32,228 bases of DNA, from positions 91,823,754 to 91,855,981 of the forward strand of contig NC_068981.1 of NCBI RefSeq assembly GCF_001194135.2. Direction: 5' to 3'. Shown here one piece after another: positions 1 to 11,323 of the stretch. The notes below the pieces were generated by a model. The model worked only from the letters and a program-made list of their open reading frames with translations, was not told where the DNA came from and did not search any database. This stretch comes from Octopus bimaculoides. Its lineage: Eukaryota. Position 1 is the first letter of the stretch, and the number at the start of each line of letters is the position of its first letter. Made by a program: the position numbers and the translations under genes.

Positions 1-1063
1 ATATATATATGCACGTGACGATCTACCCAGGGATGGATTTATGGGATATTCTGTGACTATGGTTAGATACACTGTGCTCTACTTACAATCGAAATCAGGA
101 AGGAACGAAAAACAGCGATTTATGTACTGGAGGGAAAAGTGGCAATCGTTCTGGGACCTCTTTGGATGTTGGGGCCCCTGCTACAAAACGTATGCAGCAC
201 TCAGTACAAGGTGGCTCCTCCATCTCCCAGTTATCAGGCATAAGGAGGCTCTTTTTCAGTATACAGATGTTTCTTGACTTCGTAAAAAGTGTAATGGATT
301 CTCTTTTATGAAAAATAATCATAGATTTTGCTACCTTAGAGACACCAATTAATTCAATTAAAAAGCTCCGCAGTCCCAAAACAGCTATAAAATCCCGAAG
401 GAATTGTTGCTGTTTTTGGGACAACGACAGAGGAAACAGGAAAGGAAAACAGCAGAACAGTCATGAAAATGTATGTATGTATCGGTGAGTATGTGCGCAT
501 GCATGTGTGTGTATGTTTGTGTGTGTTCGTGTTTGTGTGCGTGTGTAAGTATGAATGTATATAAAGATAATGAGATTATTAGATAGGAGTTATTGTTTGT
601 AGGTCAAATTCTTTCTTTCAACGCATGACTGAGCAATAAACCCTGGCTTAACCATTTGCTATTAAAGATGCACGCGCACGCGCATACACACGGCACACAT
701 TGCTACTTCTAAACTATTTTAGTGAGGCATTGAGAACTGGTCTTATTTTATGAGTCAGGAAAGTAGAATATGTTACAAAATTTAAATTTTGAATTCAGTT
801 TTAATTATAAAATCGCATCTCACAACACCTAAAAGATCAAATGATTTTTTAAAAATTGTAACTTTCTTCTCTCTTACCTTTTCCTATATTTTTGTCATTG
901 TGTCGAACATTTGAAATTACTATATTGAAGTGGGTAAAAATTAGTCACTGGGGCAACGTGAGTAATTTCCAATTTCTTGTTATTTTCTCCCTACCATTAC
1001 ATTGCAAATATTGTGTTTTTATTTTGTACCATTACATTATCTTTGGCCAGTATAGTCTATGTG

Positions 1064-2370
1064 TGGGGTTGGCAACTAAGTTCCCGCCGTTTTTAAAATT
1101 TAAATTTTTTAAAACGTTTAATAAAAAAAATAACAACTAATTTATCAAGAATGTTTTCACCCTTGTTGTTTACAACTTCTTGCCAACGTTCAACAACATT
1201 TTCAATACTTCCTCGGTAGAAATCACCCGATTTCGACTCGAAAACTTTATCCAACCAAGCTCTCAATTCTGCATCAATATTGAACGAAACTCCGCGCAGA
1301 ACATTTGAAAGAGATCGAAACAAGTGGATATCCGTTGGTGCCAAATCAGGAGAGTATGGCGGGTGTGGCAGCGCTTTCCAGCCATGCGTTTGAATGGCTT
1401 CTTTGGTCATATTGGCAATTTGAGGGTGGGCGTTGTCGTGCAGCAGAAGAAATCCATACTGCCGATTAGGTCTTTTCTCTTGAATAGCCGTGTTGAGTCG
1501 TTCTATAAGTTGAACAAAGAGTTCCGCGTTGACCGTTTGATTCCGTTCAAGCAATTCGTAATGGATAATTCCCTTCCCAGTCCCACCATACGCGCAACAT
1601 CGTTTTACGCGGATGAAGACCTTGTTTCACGCGCGGTGTCGCTTGTTTACCGGGGCTAAGCCATTCCTTACTCTGCTTCATATTGATGTACAGGCATCAT
1701 TTTTCGTCGCCAGTAACGATTCGGTAAATAAATCGTTGCTTGTATCCATGAGTTGAGCAGTGACGAGCAAGCAAACCAGTGGAGATTGTGGCTCGTTGAT
1801 TTTTGTTGTTGTCACTTTAAGTTTGCGGAACCCATGCTCCATACTTCTGAACCTTTCCCATCGAGCGAAGATGCTTCTCTATAGCAGTGTGGGAGCATTC
1901 CATTTTCTCTGCCAGTTCCCTTGTCGTCTGACGAGAATTTTGATGCAAAAGTTGGTTTAATCGCTCTTCATCGAATTCAACTGGACAACCAGAACGAGAT
2001 GCATCATCGAGGTTAAAATTTCCATTTTTGAACTTGGCATACCAATCATGAGCGGTTCTTTCAGCTATCGCACCCTCTTCATACACAGCACAAATTTCGA
2101 GAGCATCTTTTGCGGCCTTAGAACCTTGATAAAAAGCAAAAATTAGGAGGTGCCGAAAATGCTCGTTTTTCTTAACTTGACATTCCATTTTAATGATCTG
2201 AAAATCAACAGAAATTAACTAACAGTAACTAGGAAAAAAAAATCAAAAAGCAACATAGATTCCAAAATGATTCAATAATAGAATTCTCGAAATAAAATAG
2301 ATTCCAAAATTTAAAAACGCAATAAATTCAAAATTTAAAAAAAACGGCGGGAACTTAGTTACCAACCCAA
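1064..2370 (-). mobile_element. Full-length (~1.3 kb) defective mariner (Tc1/mariner, DD34D) DNA transposon
   Basis: The left TIR at 1064 (TGGGGTTGGCAACTAAGTTCCCGCCGTTTTT) matches the reverse complement of the right end at 2370 (TTGGGTTGGTAACTAAGTTCCCGCCGTTTTT). TA lies at 2371-2372; the left flank reads TG, probably a mutated TA. A transposase remnant lies inside. Confidence 0.95.
1141..2188 (-). pseudogene. Mariner transposase pseudogene
   Basis: N-terminal HTH (MECQVKKNEHFRHLL...WYAKFKNGNF...RSGCPVEFDEE), WVP motif, IVTGDEK*, LLLHDNAHP and HPPYSPDLAPTD, with 34 residues between the 2nd and 3rd Asp. Lesions: in-frame stops after WVPQT and TGDEK, a +1 frameshift near 1572, and the original stop apparently lost. 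Confidence 0.95.
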
Positions 2371-3944
2371 TAATTGTTGAAGTTGATAAAGTTTGAAAAT
2401 TCGGTAACAGGAACTTTTTTTCAGGCATTTTTCCTTCGACGTTGACAGGATTGTAATTAGAGTACCATATAAAATATCTGGATAATTTTTAGTCTTTGAC
2501 TACAATATTTTTCTACATCAATTTTTTCCCACACTAATATCTAATTTGATAATCTTCAGATTCCACCCCAACTCACAAAAAAAAAAAAAAATGTCTATAT
2601 TGTAGCAAAATGAGTGATGACTAATTTTAATAGTTTTTTCTCTTTAGCTGCACGGTACATAAATATATCTGGAAGAGAGCTACTCTAGCAGCACGTGAAG
2701 TATGTCAAGAATATTTTATGTAGGGTGTTTAGATTTGGACGAGTTTCTTTAATTTCATATCATGTGCTATCTTTCATTTGAGCAAGTTATTTTAAACTTT
2801 TCCTGCATTTCTGATCTTTCTGATGTAGATGAGTCATTTTGTATATGTGTATGAGTCATTTTCCAAATATAATTCTGGTGAATTGAAATAGTGTTCTGAA
2901 TATGTTATAGTTTTTACTGCATTTAAAGAAAGTATTTGCTAAGCTGAAATAATTTTATCGTATTCTACATTCTGAAATATTTGTAACTCGAGTTAAAAGA
3001 AAAATAATCTTGCCTTTCCTTTTCCCTCATTGCACTTTATTGTACTTTTCACAATGAAGGAAAAGTCAAACATCACGAGAGGATGTGTGAAAAACGAGAT
3101 TTGAATTTTGAAAAGTGTATCATCAAAGCAACTATTTCAGTCATTTATTTAATCTTTCTCTGCTAACTTATCAAATTAAGTTACATGAAAGAGATGGATT
3201 TTGAGGTTTAAATCTGGTAATTTTCCAAGATTTTAATTCTTGTGTATGAGGGTCCCACCGAAATTGAAGAGCCCTGGGCCACCCATGATTTCAATCCGCT
3301 CTTGGATCTATGCTCACGGATAATGCGGACTACACTATGATCATTCTAGGAATAAGGATTGTGATCTTAAGGGATATGTGATTCGTGGAAACGCGTTTAG
3401 CGATGCATTAAGTATTTATAAATTCCATCGAATGATTATTTTTGACTCTCGAGTGTCAAAGATATTCTGAATTATAAGTTACAGGTAGAAGTTATAAGTT
3501 ACAGGCATAAATTACAAGTAAAACCCTTGTCATATGCTGTTACCGATGTTTACGCCTTGAGTCCACATCTCTCACAAAACAACTTTGCGTTTGGAGTATT
3601 TGTAACTGTAATGCATTCATACTAGCGTAACTTAAGCGTTACGCGAAACAGCCTTTGCAACTCAAGGACGAACGGCCACGTCCTGCCTCATAGATAATGT
3701 AAAGAACATATATATACACAAATGTACAAATACACATATGCACACATGCACACACGTATATACGTTATTAATAAAGTTGCAAAGACAACACAAGATCTGT
3801 TACTCAGTGTTCCACATCCCTGTTCACCGAACAGTTTTTGTGATGTCTTTGAAGCTTTATTAATAAAGCATATCACTCTACCTCCGGTATTCGAGTACTA
3901 TATTTCCACCTTCTTTCGCATATATGTGTTTATTCGTGTGTGTG

Positions 3945-4197
3945 NNNNNNNNNNNNNNNNNNNNNNNNNNNNNNNNNNNNNNNNNNNNNNNNNNNNNNNN
4001 NNNNNNNNNNNNNNNNNNNNNNNNNNNNNNNNNNNNNNNNNNNNNNNNNNNNNNNNNNNNNNNNNNNNNNNNNNNNNNNNNNNNNNNNNNNNNNNNNNNN
4101 NNNNNNNNNNNNNNNNNNNNNNNNNNNNNNNNNNNNNNNNNNNNNNNNNNNNNNNNNNNNNNNNNNNNNNNNNNNNNNNNNNNNNNNNNNNNNNNNN
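3945..4197. other. Assembly gap (N run)
   Basis: Run of N. ORFs spanning it are artefacts. Confidence 1.
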
Positions 4198-4248
4198 CAA
4201 CACGAAACCGGTTATTTCTCAAAATAAAATGTTTATATACCAAAAAGA

Positions 4249-4371
4249 TTTTATAACATTTTTCTGACATAATTTAAATATATTCTTTAACCATGTAACA
4301 CAAGCCTTCTGTAGTTTTTTCACTCTTATTATATTTTATACATCCAACGACGTGCTTTCACATACCAACTT

Positions 4372-4375
<4 letters not shown>
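4249..4375 (-). repeat. Unclassified dispersed repeat, copy 1 (reverse-complement homologue of 28978-29105)
   Basis: TTTAACCATGTAACACAAGCCTTCTGTAGTTTTTTCACTCTT...CATCCAACGACGTGCTTTCACATACCAACTTTCTC aligns over ~125 bp with the reverse complement of 28978-29105. Confidence 0.85.
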
Positions 4376-4438
<63 letters not shown>

Positions 4439-4650
4439 CACACGTATATATATATATATACATATGTACATATATGTGTGTGTGTACGCGTGTGTGTACG
4501 CGTGTGTGTAAGTGTGTATGTATGTATGTATGTACGTATGCATATGTGTGTATCTGTGAGAGAAAAAGAGAGAAATAGAGAGGAAAAGAGAGAAAGAGAT
4601 CGATAGAGAGAGAGAGAGAGAAAGAGAAAGAGAGAAGGGGATTGAGAGAG
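4371..4650. repeat. Compound microsatellite (CT)n(CA)n(TA)n/(TG)n/(GA)n
   Basis: Seen directly in the sequence. Confidence 0.95.
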
Positions 4651-5107
4651 AAATGGAAATAACGGCTGATAGCTGGTTTCCAAATTTACACAGTAAATGA
4701 AATTTATGCTAAAATTGAATGATTTGAAATATAAGAAGTTTTCCATATAGTTTCTCTTCGTAAGTAATTTTGTCATGCATTTTCTAATTTTCATGTCTAT
4801 ACATTGCTAATGCCGACGAACATGTTCTGAAGGTTTTTATGATGAGTGAAGATTTTCAAAGTCAATGGCGGAAAAATTCATGCATGAAGAGATATAACAA
4901 CTGCGAATTTATTCCGTTTACATCGCCTAAAGTTATCTTATTAATCTAAAACTTACTGAAATGAAAGTTCCATCAACTACACACGGCCTGGATTGGATAA
5001 TGGAACTTGTATTTATGTATCATGACATGCATATATAAAATTCTATACACTTCTAGCAAAAGGTTATATTGGATATGTTTATGATATTGTAATACCAACA
5101 TGATAAA

Positions 5108-5284
5108 TGTATGTATGTATGCATGTATGTATGTATGTATGTATGTATGTATGTATGTATGTACGTACGTATGTATGTATGTATGTATGTATGTATGTAT
5201 GTATGTGTATGTGAATATATGTATCTATCTATGTGTCTATCGACCTATCTATCATTATATCTGTCTACCTAAGTACCTCTCTCT

Positions 5285-5335
<51 letters not shown>
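5108..5335. repeat. Compound microsatellite (ATGT)n/(ATCT)n/(CT)n
   Basis: Seen directly in the sequence. Confidence 0.95.
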
Positions 5336-5336
<1 letters not shown>

Positions 5337-5351
5337 ACGTATATGTATATA

Positions 5352-5415
5352 CTCGGGCCAATCAAACCCTTCTGGGTGGATTTGGTAGATGAAAATTGAA
5401 AGAATCCCACAGTAT
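5352..5415 (+). mobile_element. Internal fragment of SINE family A
   Basis: CTCGGGCCAATCAAACCCTTCTGGGTGGATTTGGTAGATGAAAATTGAAAGAATCCC resembles CTCGGGCCGACCAAAGCCTTGTGAGTGGATATGGTAGACGGAAACTGAAAGAGGCC in the copy at ~26826-26882. Confidence 0.75.
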
Positions 5416-7619
5416 TTACATATATATATATATATGCTTGTGTGCATATATCTATATGTACACACACACATACACACGGACACACATACACAGGCACACA
5501 TATACACTCACACATACACAACTCACTCAGCCCCCCCCTTCACAACCACACACATATATACACGTACATTTAGACGTCACCTGCAAGCGCTTATGACAGG
5601 CACCATGTGCTTTCGCTAACTGATCCTAATACACCCTGATTGTATAAGTAACAAGGAAATACGACCAGTGATTCCACCTTCGCAACTGTCTACTTTGCCC
5701 GGCCGTTGCGGCGAGCGGCAGCAGCTGCGCGCTGGTCTACTGCCGCCGCTCTTTCGTCTTCAATTGGCATTTTACCCTTTTTAAAAACTTCTTTGTGTTT
5801 CAAAGCAAACGTAAAGCTTATCTACACGAAGGGCCTAACACAAGGAGAATCCGTATTGGAGAAAGATAAATGAGGTATACAACATCATACTTCTAAGACG
5901 AAAACTAAAACATGAGACAGACTTTCCCTGTACCTATCACTACATCTCTCTATCTTTCCATCTTCTCACCAGTATTAATGATAATGGAAACAGAAACAGC
6001 GATCGAATCTATGCTTAATTTTAATTTTAACTTTAAATGACTATGAGGCTTTCCTTTCTCTTCCTCTATCTCTCTGCTCTTTTCCTTTCTCTTAAACAAA
6101 GGGGAGAATGGAAAGCGTTGATATTCAGTTCTTAAATCTTTTAAATGAGTATACACAAACTAGTTTCAAGTTCTCAAGTTAATCTGTGCTGACGAGCCAA
6201 GAATAAAAGCGAAATGGTGCTATCTGTAACTACACGAATATCTAATAAAGGATTTTATGGAAATATAGAAACTTAAGTTCTTTTACTGATAGGAGAAAGA
6301 CCTCTCAGGATAAGATAAAATATAAACGTAGAAGCGGCTCTCTTCCCATATAGCTCTTTCACTCTCTCTTTCTCTCCCTCTTACTCTGCATGCAACTATA
6401 AGCAGCAGCATCTGTAGTTACCAGTCAAGTAACCACGAGTATGTTATTCACCCCTTGTTACTCACATATAGACTGCACGTGATGTTCAGTTTTCTAGGTG
6501 GCGGTGACAGTACTAGTTGTTGTTGTTGTGTATATGACACTACAACGATTGTTCTATAAGCCATGTATAGATTGTTGATGTATTGCTGGTGTAGACCATG
6601 TCATATAATATTATCTATTTCTGGATACTTATCCATTCAAATGTAAAAACGTTTGTCTCGACATAGACATTTCGATTCCTTTCGTTACAGTGATTTTACA
6701 TTTTGACTTTTTGGCTTTAGTTATGTTTTGTTGTATTTCAATTTTTAAACATATGGAAATGATGGCATTTCCTGAAATGTTTTCCTGCTTCAGAGAAAAA
6801 AAACACAAAAAAACAAAAACATTTTGCATTATCAGTTTTATACCAAAGAGTATGATAACTTATAACAAAATATAACAAGCAATTTCTTTCTCAACGTTTT
6901 AGAGTAATTTCTAGATGGTATTGATGAGAATAGAAATTTATTGATTAAGCTAGGTTTCAAAGTCTTACTGTAATGTACAGCATCATTGCTAGGGATGGTT
7001 TCTTTGGAGAATATAGCATATCTCCCCTTGATAGTTTATTTTTACAACATGATTAATGGGAATTTGGTGGGTGATTGGCGTGTGAGTAAAAGTGCAGTGC
7101 ATCAGTTTGGTGACGCAATCACAAAGATTCGAGTTCAATTTCAGCGTCAAATACTATAGTTTGCTACTATAAAGATTACTTCGACCGTCAGCTTAGGCCC
7201 GTGTAGTTGAATGTTGTAATTATTTATATTGTGCCTTTCTGAATTGTTAGACGTGTGCAGAATCATACTTTTGATAAGCTTAAACAAGTATTTAATGCTT
7301 CACTGCTTATGTGCTTATTTTAATTTTCTATGTATTGTTTTTTTTTATATTTATAAATCACGAGTATCTATGTAAATAAAAGTATTTCAGTATTTTCGTA
7401 TCATTATACATATCTAACGAGCATTTTTTTAAATATGCTTTTATTTTTTCGTGTCGATACATGTTTATTTGGCATTTTCATGATTCTTCTATTAGTCGTC
7501 ATGTATTTCAAATTTTGTTATTTGACATAAGATATCTCGGAAAGCAATTTTATGAATATATTACAAGCTAGTAAACTTCGATAGATACATGTTCTCTCGC
7601 GATCCATAATATATTCATA

Positions 7620-7631
7620 CACGCGCGCGCA

Positions 7632-7671
<40 letters not shown>

Positions 7672-7880
7672 CACACACACAGATACAGAAAAACATGCAA
7701 ACACTCAAATACATACGCGCACACAGACACATACAAACACACACACATGCATATATATCCCCCATCCATTCATATACATACATATATACATACTTTCATT
7801 TACACAGGTATATACATAGAAGCAGGCAGACAAACTCACACGTATATATGTGTATGTATGCATGTTTGCATATATGCATA
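7620..7880. repeat. (CA)n/(TA)n-rich low-complexity microsatellite tract
   Basis: Seen directly in the sequence. Confidence 0.9.
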
Positions 7881-8090
7881 TGGAGAGTATACAAAAGGCA
7901 GTAAGATTGCTACCAGTATAGCAGCCATATAGGTATTTTGACATGAATACACTTATGTATCATACAGAATATATTCTGTTAATACATTATATGAATGCTA
8001 ACATTCTGCACTACTAATACTACGACGGTAACATATAATTTTTACGAAGAAAATGACACTGGAAAGCACATCAACATGTTTGCTTATGTG

Positions 8091-8471
8091 TGTTGGCACT
8101 CCGTCGCTTACCACGTCGAGGGTCCCAGTCGATCCGATCAACGGAACAGCCTACTCGTGAAATTAACGTGCAAGTGGCTGAGCACTCCAGAGACACGTGT
8201 GCCCTTAACGTAGTTCTCGGGTATATTCAGCGTGACACAGTGTGACAAGGCTGACCCTTTGAATTACAGGTACAGCAGAAACAGGAAGTAAGAGTGAGAG
8301 AAAGTTGTGGTGGAAGAGTACAGCAGCGTTCGCCACCATCCCCTGCCGGAGCCTTGTGGAGCTTTAGGTGTTTTCGCTCAATAAACACTCACGACGCCCG
8401 GTCTGGGAATCGAAACTGCAATCCTATGACCGCGAGTCCGCTGCCCTAACCACTGGACCATTGCGCCTCCA
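8091..8471 (-). mobile_element. tRNA-derived SINE, family C (~380 bp)
   Basis: The minus strand begins GGAGGCGCAATGGTCCAGTGGTTAGGGCAGCGGACTCGCGGTCATAGGATTGCAGTTTCGATTCCCAGACCGGGCG, a tRNA-like head with A box (TGGTCCAGTGG) and B box (GTTTCGATTCC), followed by a ~300-bp unrelated body. It resembles an octopus SINE family as I recall it. Confidence 0.85.
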
Positions 8472-8580
8472 CCATGTTTGCTTAAGATGTAATACATAAA
8501 ACAAGCATATACATACATATATTGCTACTTGTATGTTTACGTATTTATATGAGAATTTATATTGATATACAATTTATATA

Positions 8581-8660
8581 AGTGTGTGTGTGGGAGGAAG
8601 TGAACGTGTGTCAGTGTGTGTGTGTGAGGAAGTGAACGTGTGTCAGTGTGTGTGTGTGAG
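8581..8660. repeat. 32-bp tandem repeat x2.5 (TG-rich with GAGGAAGTGAACGTG core)
   Basis: Units at 8581-8612 and 8613-8644 differ by one base. A partial third unit follows. Confidence 0.9.
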
Positions 8661-8745
8661 ATAAGACAAACGAAAAACATGAGAACATTGTAGTAAGACA
8701 TTTAGTTGCACCACCTTCCGTATGTTTCACTTCACATGATGATCA

Positions 8746-10396
8746 ATGATATTCAAAACTATAAAACCACATAGTTTTTAAAATTATCTAAAAAATTTAG
8801 CTCTGTATCTAAGTGAACTAAGGGGTGCTATATATTGTAAGAGGGTATTTCGTAAATATTTTGAAACGTAAACCTTGTATCTTTATTATCAAAGTACAAC
8901 ACCAGATTTTCCCAAGCGTATCAACATTTCAAAACTATAAAGCCACTAATACATTTTCAATTCTTTCTAGATTGTTTCGGAAATTATTCCACTCAGTCGT
9001 ATTCTCCGGGGTGCAGTTAACATTTCCACCACGCCTAAAGCTACAAATTTTCTCAAATTGAACAAGAGAAAATCCTTGCACTGAAAGTGACAGGAATAAG
9101 TAAGTGAAAGACCTTTGAGAAGATTCTGCGAAGCAGAACGCTAGTGGATAATATTTTGAAAGTTCCTGACGGCTACAACAGTGTACTTGCTGTTGGATGT
9201 CCCAAGACTACATCAGAAAGAGATAAGAGAAACATTGTCAGAGATTTGACGATGTCATTTTACTCACTGATATATATCACCAAGTTTGATGGCGGTCTGA
9301 GACAAACGATCGTCAAAGAAAAAGTAGCTGTGAAGAAGTCAGAGCTGTTTCCAAAGTCAAGCAATCGAATGGAGTAAGAGCCACAACATTCACCGTTAGA
9401 AGAGTGATTTTGAACCATGATTTCCACCTGCAGAAGCGACTATGACGTTTGTTATCGTCCCCTTCCTACAAAGCTGTTAGATTAGAATTTTGCTCGGCAG
9501 CATCAGACATGTAATGGTGGATGGAACAGGGTTCTGTTCTCTGATGAGAAAAAATGGAATTTAGATGGCCCCGATGGTTATAAGTATTACTGGGCAGATA
9601 AATTTATACAAAATTCTACTTATCCCAGGTAGCAGTGCAGCTGAGGAGGTTTTATGGTGTGGTGAGCAATATCTACCGATGGGAAGTTGTCACTTGTCAT
9701 CATGGATGGCTGTTTCAATGCTGCAGAATACATCGATATATTGGATGGGACACACATTGTCGAAAAAGGAAGAAGGCCCCATAGCGAGAACATATTTCAA
9801 CAGGACAATACTCCTATTCACAAAACAAAGCAACTTTGGATTTCTTCCATGCAATTGGAGTTGAATTCATGTCATTGCCAGCAAGAAGTCCCGACCTTAA
9901 TCCTGTAGAGAATGCCTGGGGATATCTTACGAATGTTGTGTACTGCGATGGCAAGCAGTCTTCATCTATTGATGAAATTGAAACGACAATGAAGAAGGCT
10001 TGGGAAGAGCCTCCAGTTGCTCTGCTGCGGAAGTTGATCGCGAGCATGAAATCACGCCTTGGAAGCAATTCAGAAAGGCGGTGGTCAAGCACACCATTGT
10101 TGATGTATTGCATAAGAATATCATTGAAATATATCAATTTCCGTTGTGCATACTGTTGGCAACATTATTCAACCTGGTGTTATAGTTTTGAACAGTGTTT
10201 CTAGCAGTGCATGTTGTTTTGAATTATTATCTAAGATGTTTTTGGGGGTGGGGGTGGGGTGTGGATTTCAATAAATTTGAATATTTCAATGTCTTCTTCT
10301 ATACCGTTTAGCTTCTAGCGATGTGTTTCATGAATTTAGGTAATATAGTTCCCTAGAAAAAACATAGTGCAGTGGTTTTATAGTTTTGAAGAGCTG
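8746..10396 (+). mobile_element. Defective Tc3-like (Tc1 family) DNA transposon with IR/DR-type ends
   Basis: TTCAAAACTATAAAACCAC at 8752-8770 has an exact reverse complement at 10372-10390. Inner copies lie at 8928-8946 and 10175-10192. A transposase remnant lies inside. Exact termini are uncertain by a few bp. Confidence 0.88.
9030..10103 (+). pseudogene. Tc3-like transposase pseudogene (several stops and frameshifts)
   Basis: Pieces translate to IEQEKILALK...[63 protein letters not shown]...KKAWEE, and LEAIQKGGGQAHHC*. FSDEKKxNLDGPDG and PARSPDLNPxEN are characteristic of C. elegans Tc3-type transposases. Confidence 0.92.
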
Positions 10397-10574
10397 TTTA
10401 ATCAATATCGTCAGGTGTTTAACCCTCATACGTAAGTTTATCAGATTGACTAGGTGGGAGAATGAATTATCTTGAAGAATGCTAGCAACTTTATTAGAAC
10501 AGGGAAGCACTTTACATTAAGTGTGGGGGAAATTAACGTACAACAGTATTGAATGGAAGCAGTGAAGCGATATT

Positions 10575-10760
10575 GGTAGGAATTTCGGTGGGTAAGGGTA
10601 AGTCGATTATATACACCAACATGTACTTATTGTGTCGCTCCCGAAAGGATAAAAGGTGACGTAAACCACCGCGGATTTTGAATTCAGAACGTTAAGAACG
10701 ACGAAGAGCCGCTACGAATTTTGCCTGACGTCCTAAGGATTCTGCCAGGTCACTGCCTTA
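10575..10760 (-). mobile_element. Diverged tRNA-derived SINE, family B
   Basis: The minus strand AAGGCAGTGACCTGGCAGAATCCTTAG...ACGTTCTGAATTCAAAATCCGC...CCTTTTATCCTTTCGGGAGCGAC...TAAGTAC aligns with the copy at 16334-16550. Confidence 0.8.
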
Positions 10761-11235
10761 ACAGGAGATAAAATATTTACAGTTGGTAATTATAAATATA
10801 TGTTCTGTCATTTTCTGACTAACCATTATAATGTTTCTATTTAGCGCTTATTTTGTTTTTCTTTGAGGAGCATTTGTCTTAGACTGCCATCAAACATTGT
10901 GATATATATATGTATAAAGTGAATATATTTAACGCCGCACAATAAGCGTACATGTACAATAAACGAACACACACACTCTCTCCCTCACACACATGCACAT
11001 ACACACATGCACATACACGCCTATATACATGAACACACGCACTCAGACATATATAATATATAAACAAGTCCTAACATATATACACAAAGAGATATACACA
11101 TAAATATACATATATACACCTCTATCTGAAATATGCATGCATCTCACCTCGGGTTTGTTATGTCATCTATTCACGTACATATATAAATATACAAGTTGAT
11201 GTACACCTCTATGCATAACAAAGCCATTACATATC

Positions 11236-11249
11236 TATCTATGTATCTG

Positions 11250-11322
<73 letters not shown>
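11236..11322. repeat. (ATCT)n microsatellite
   Basis: Seen directly. It abuts the left end of the Mutator-like element. Confidence 0.95.

Positions 11323-11323
<1 letters not shown>

Noticed and set aside
41-424. Overlapping ORFs 41-277 (+) and 95-424 (-) as a possible exon
   Set aside because: No recognisable domain in any frame. A GTAAGT donor-like site on the minus strand is not backed by a convincing reading frame.
27-3305. Possible TIR pair CAGGGATGGATTTATGGG (28-46) and CCCATGATTTCAATCCGCTCTTG (~3282-3304) enclosing the mariner
   Set aside because: The match is short, gapped and heavily mismatched, with no TSD. It could be two unrelated relics or chance.
7070-7150. B-box-like GATTCGAGTTCAATTTC suggesting a tRNA or SINE head
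   Set aside because: No cloverleaf and no matching SINE body downstream; too degenerate to call.
8395-8471. tRNA-like sequence as a genuine tRNA gene
   Set aside because: The acceptor stem does not pair properly and it continues into a SINE body, so it is a SINE head.
8581-8660. Short direct repeats (also 11322-11425 and 15071-15130) as CRISPR-like arrays
   Set aside because: No unique spacers, no cas genes, eukaryotic context; these are tandem or TIR sub-repeats.
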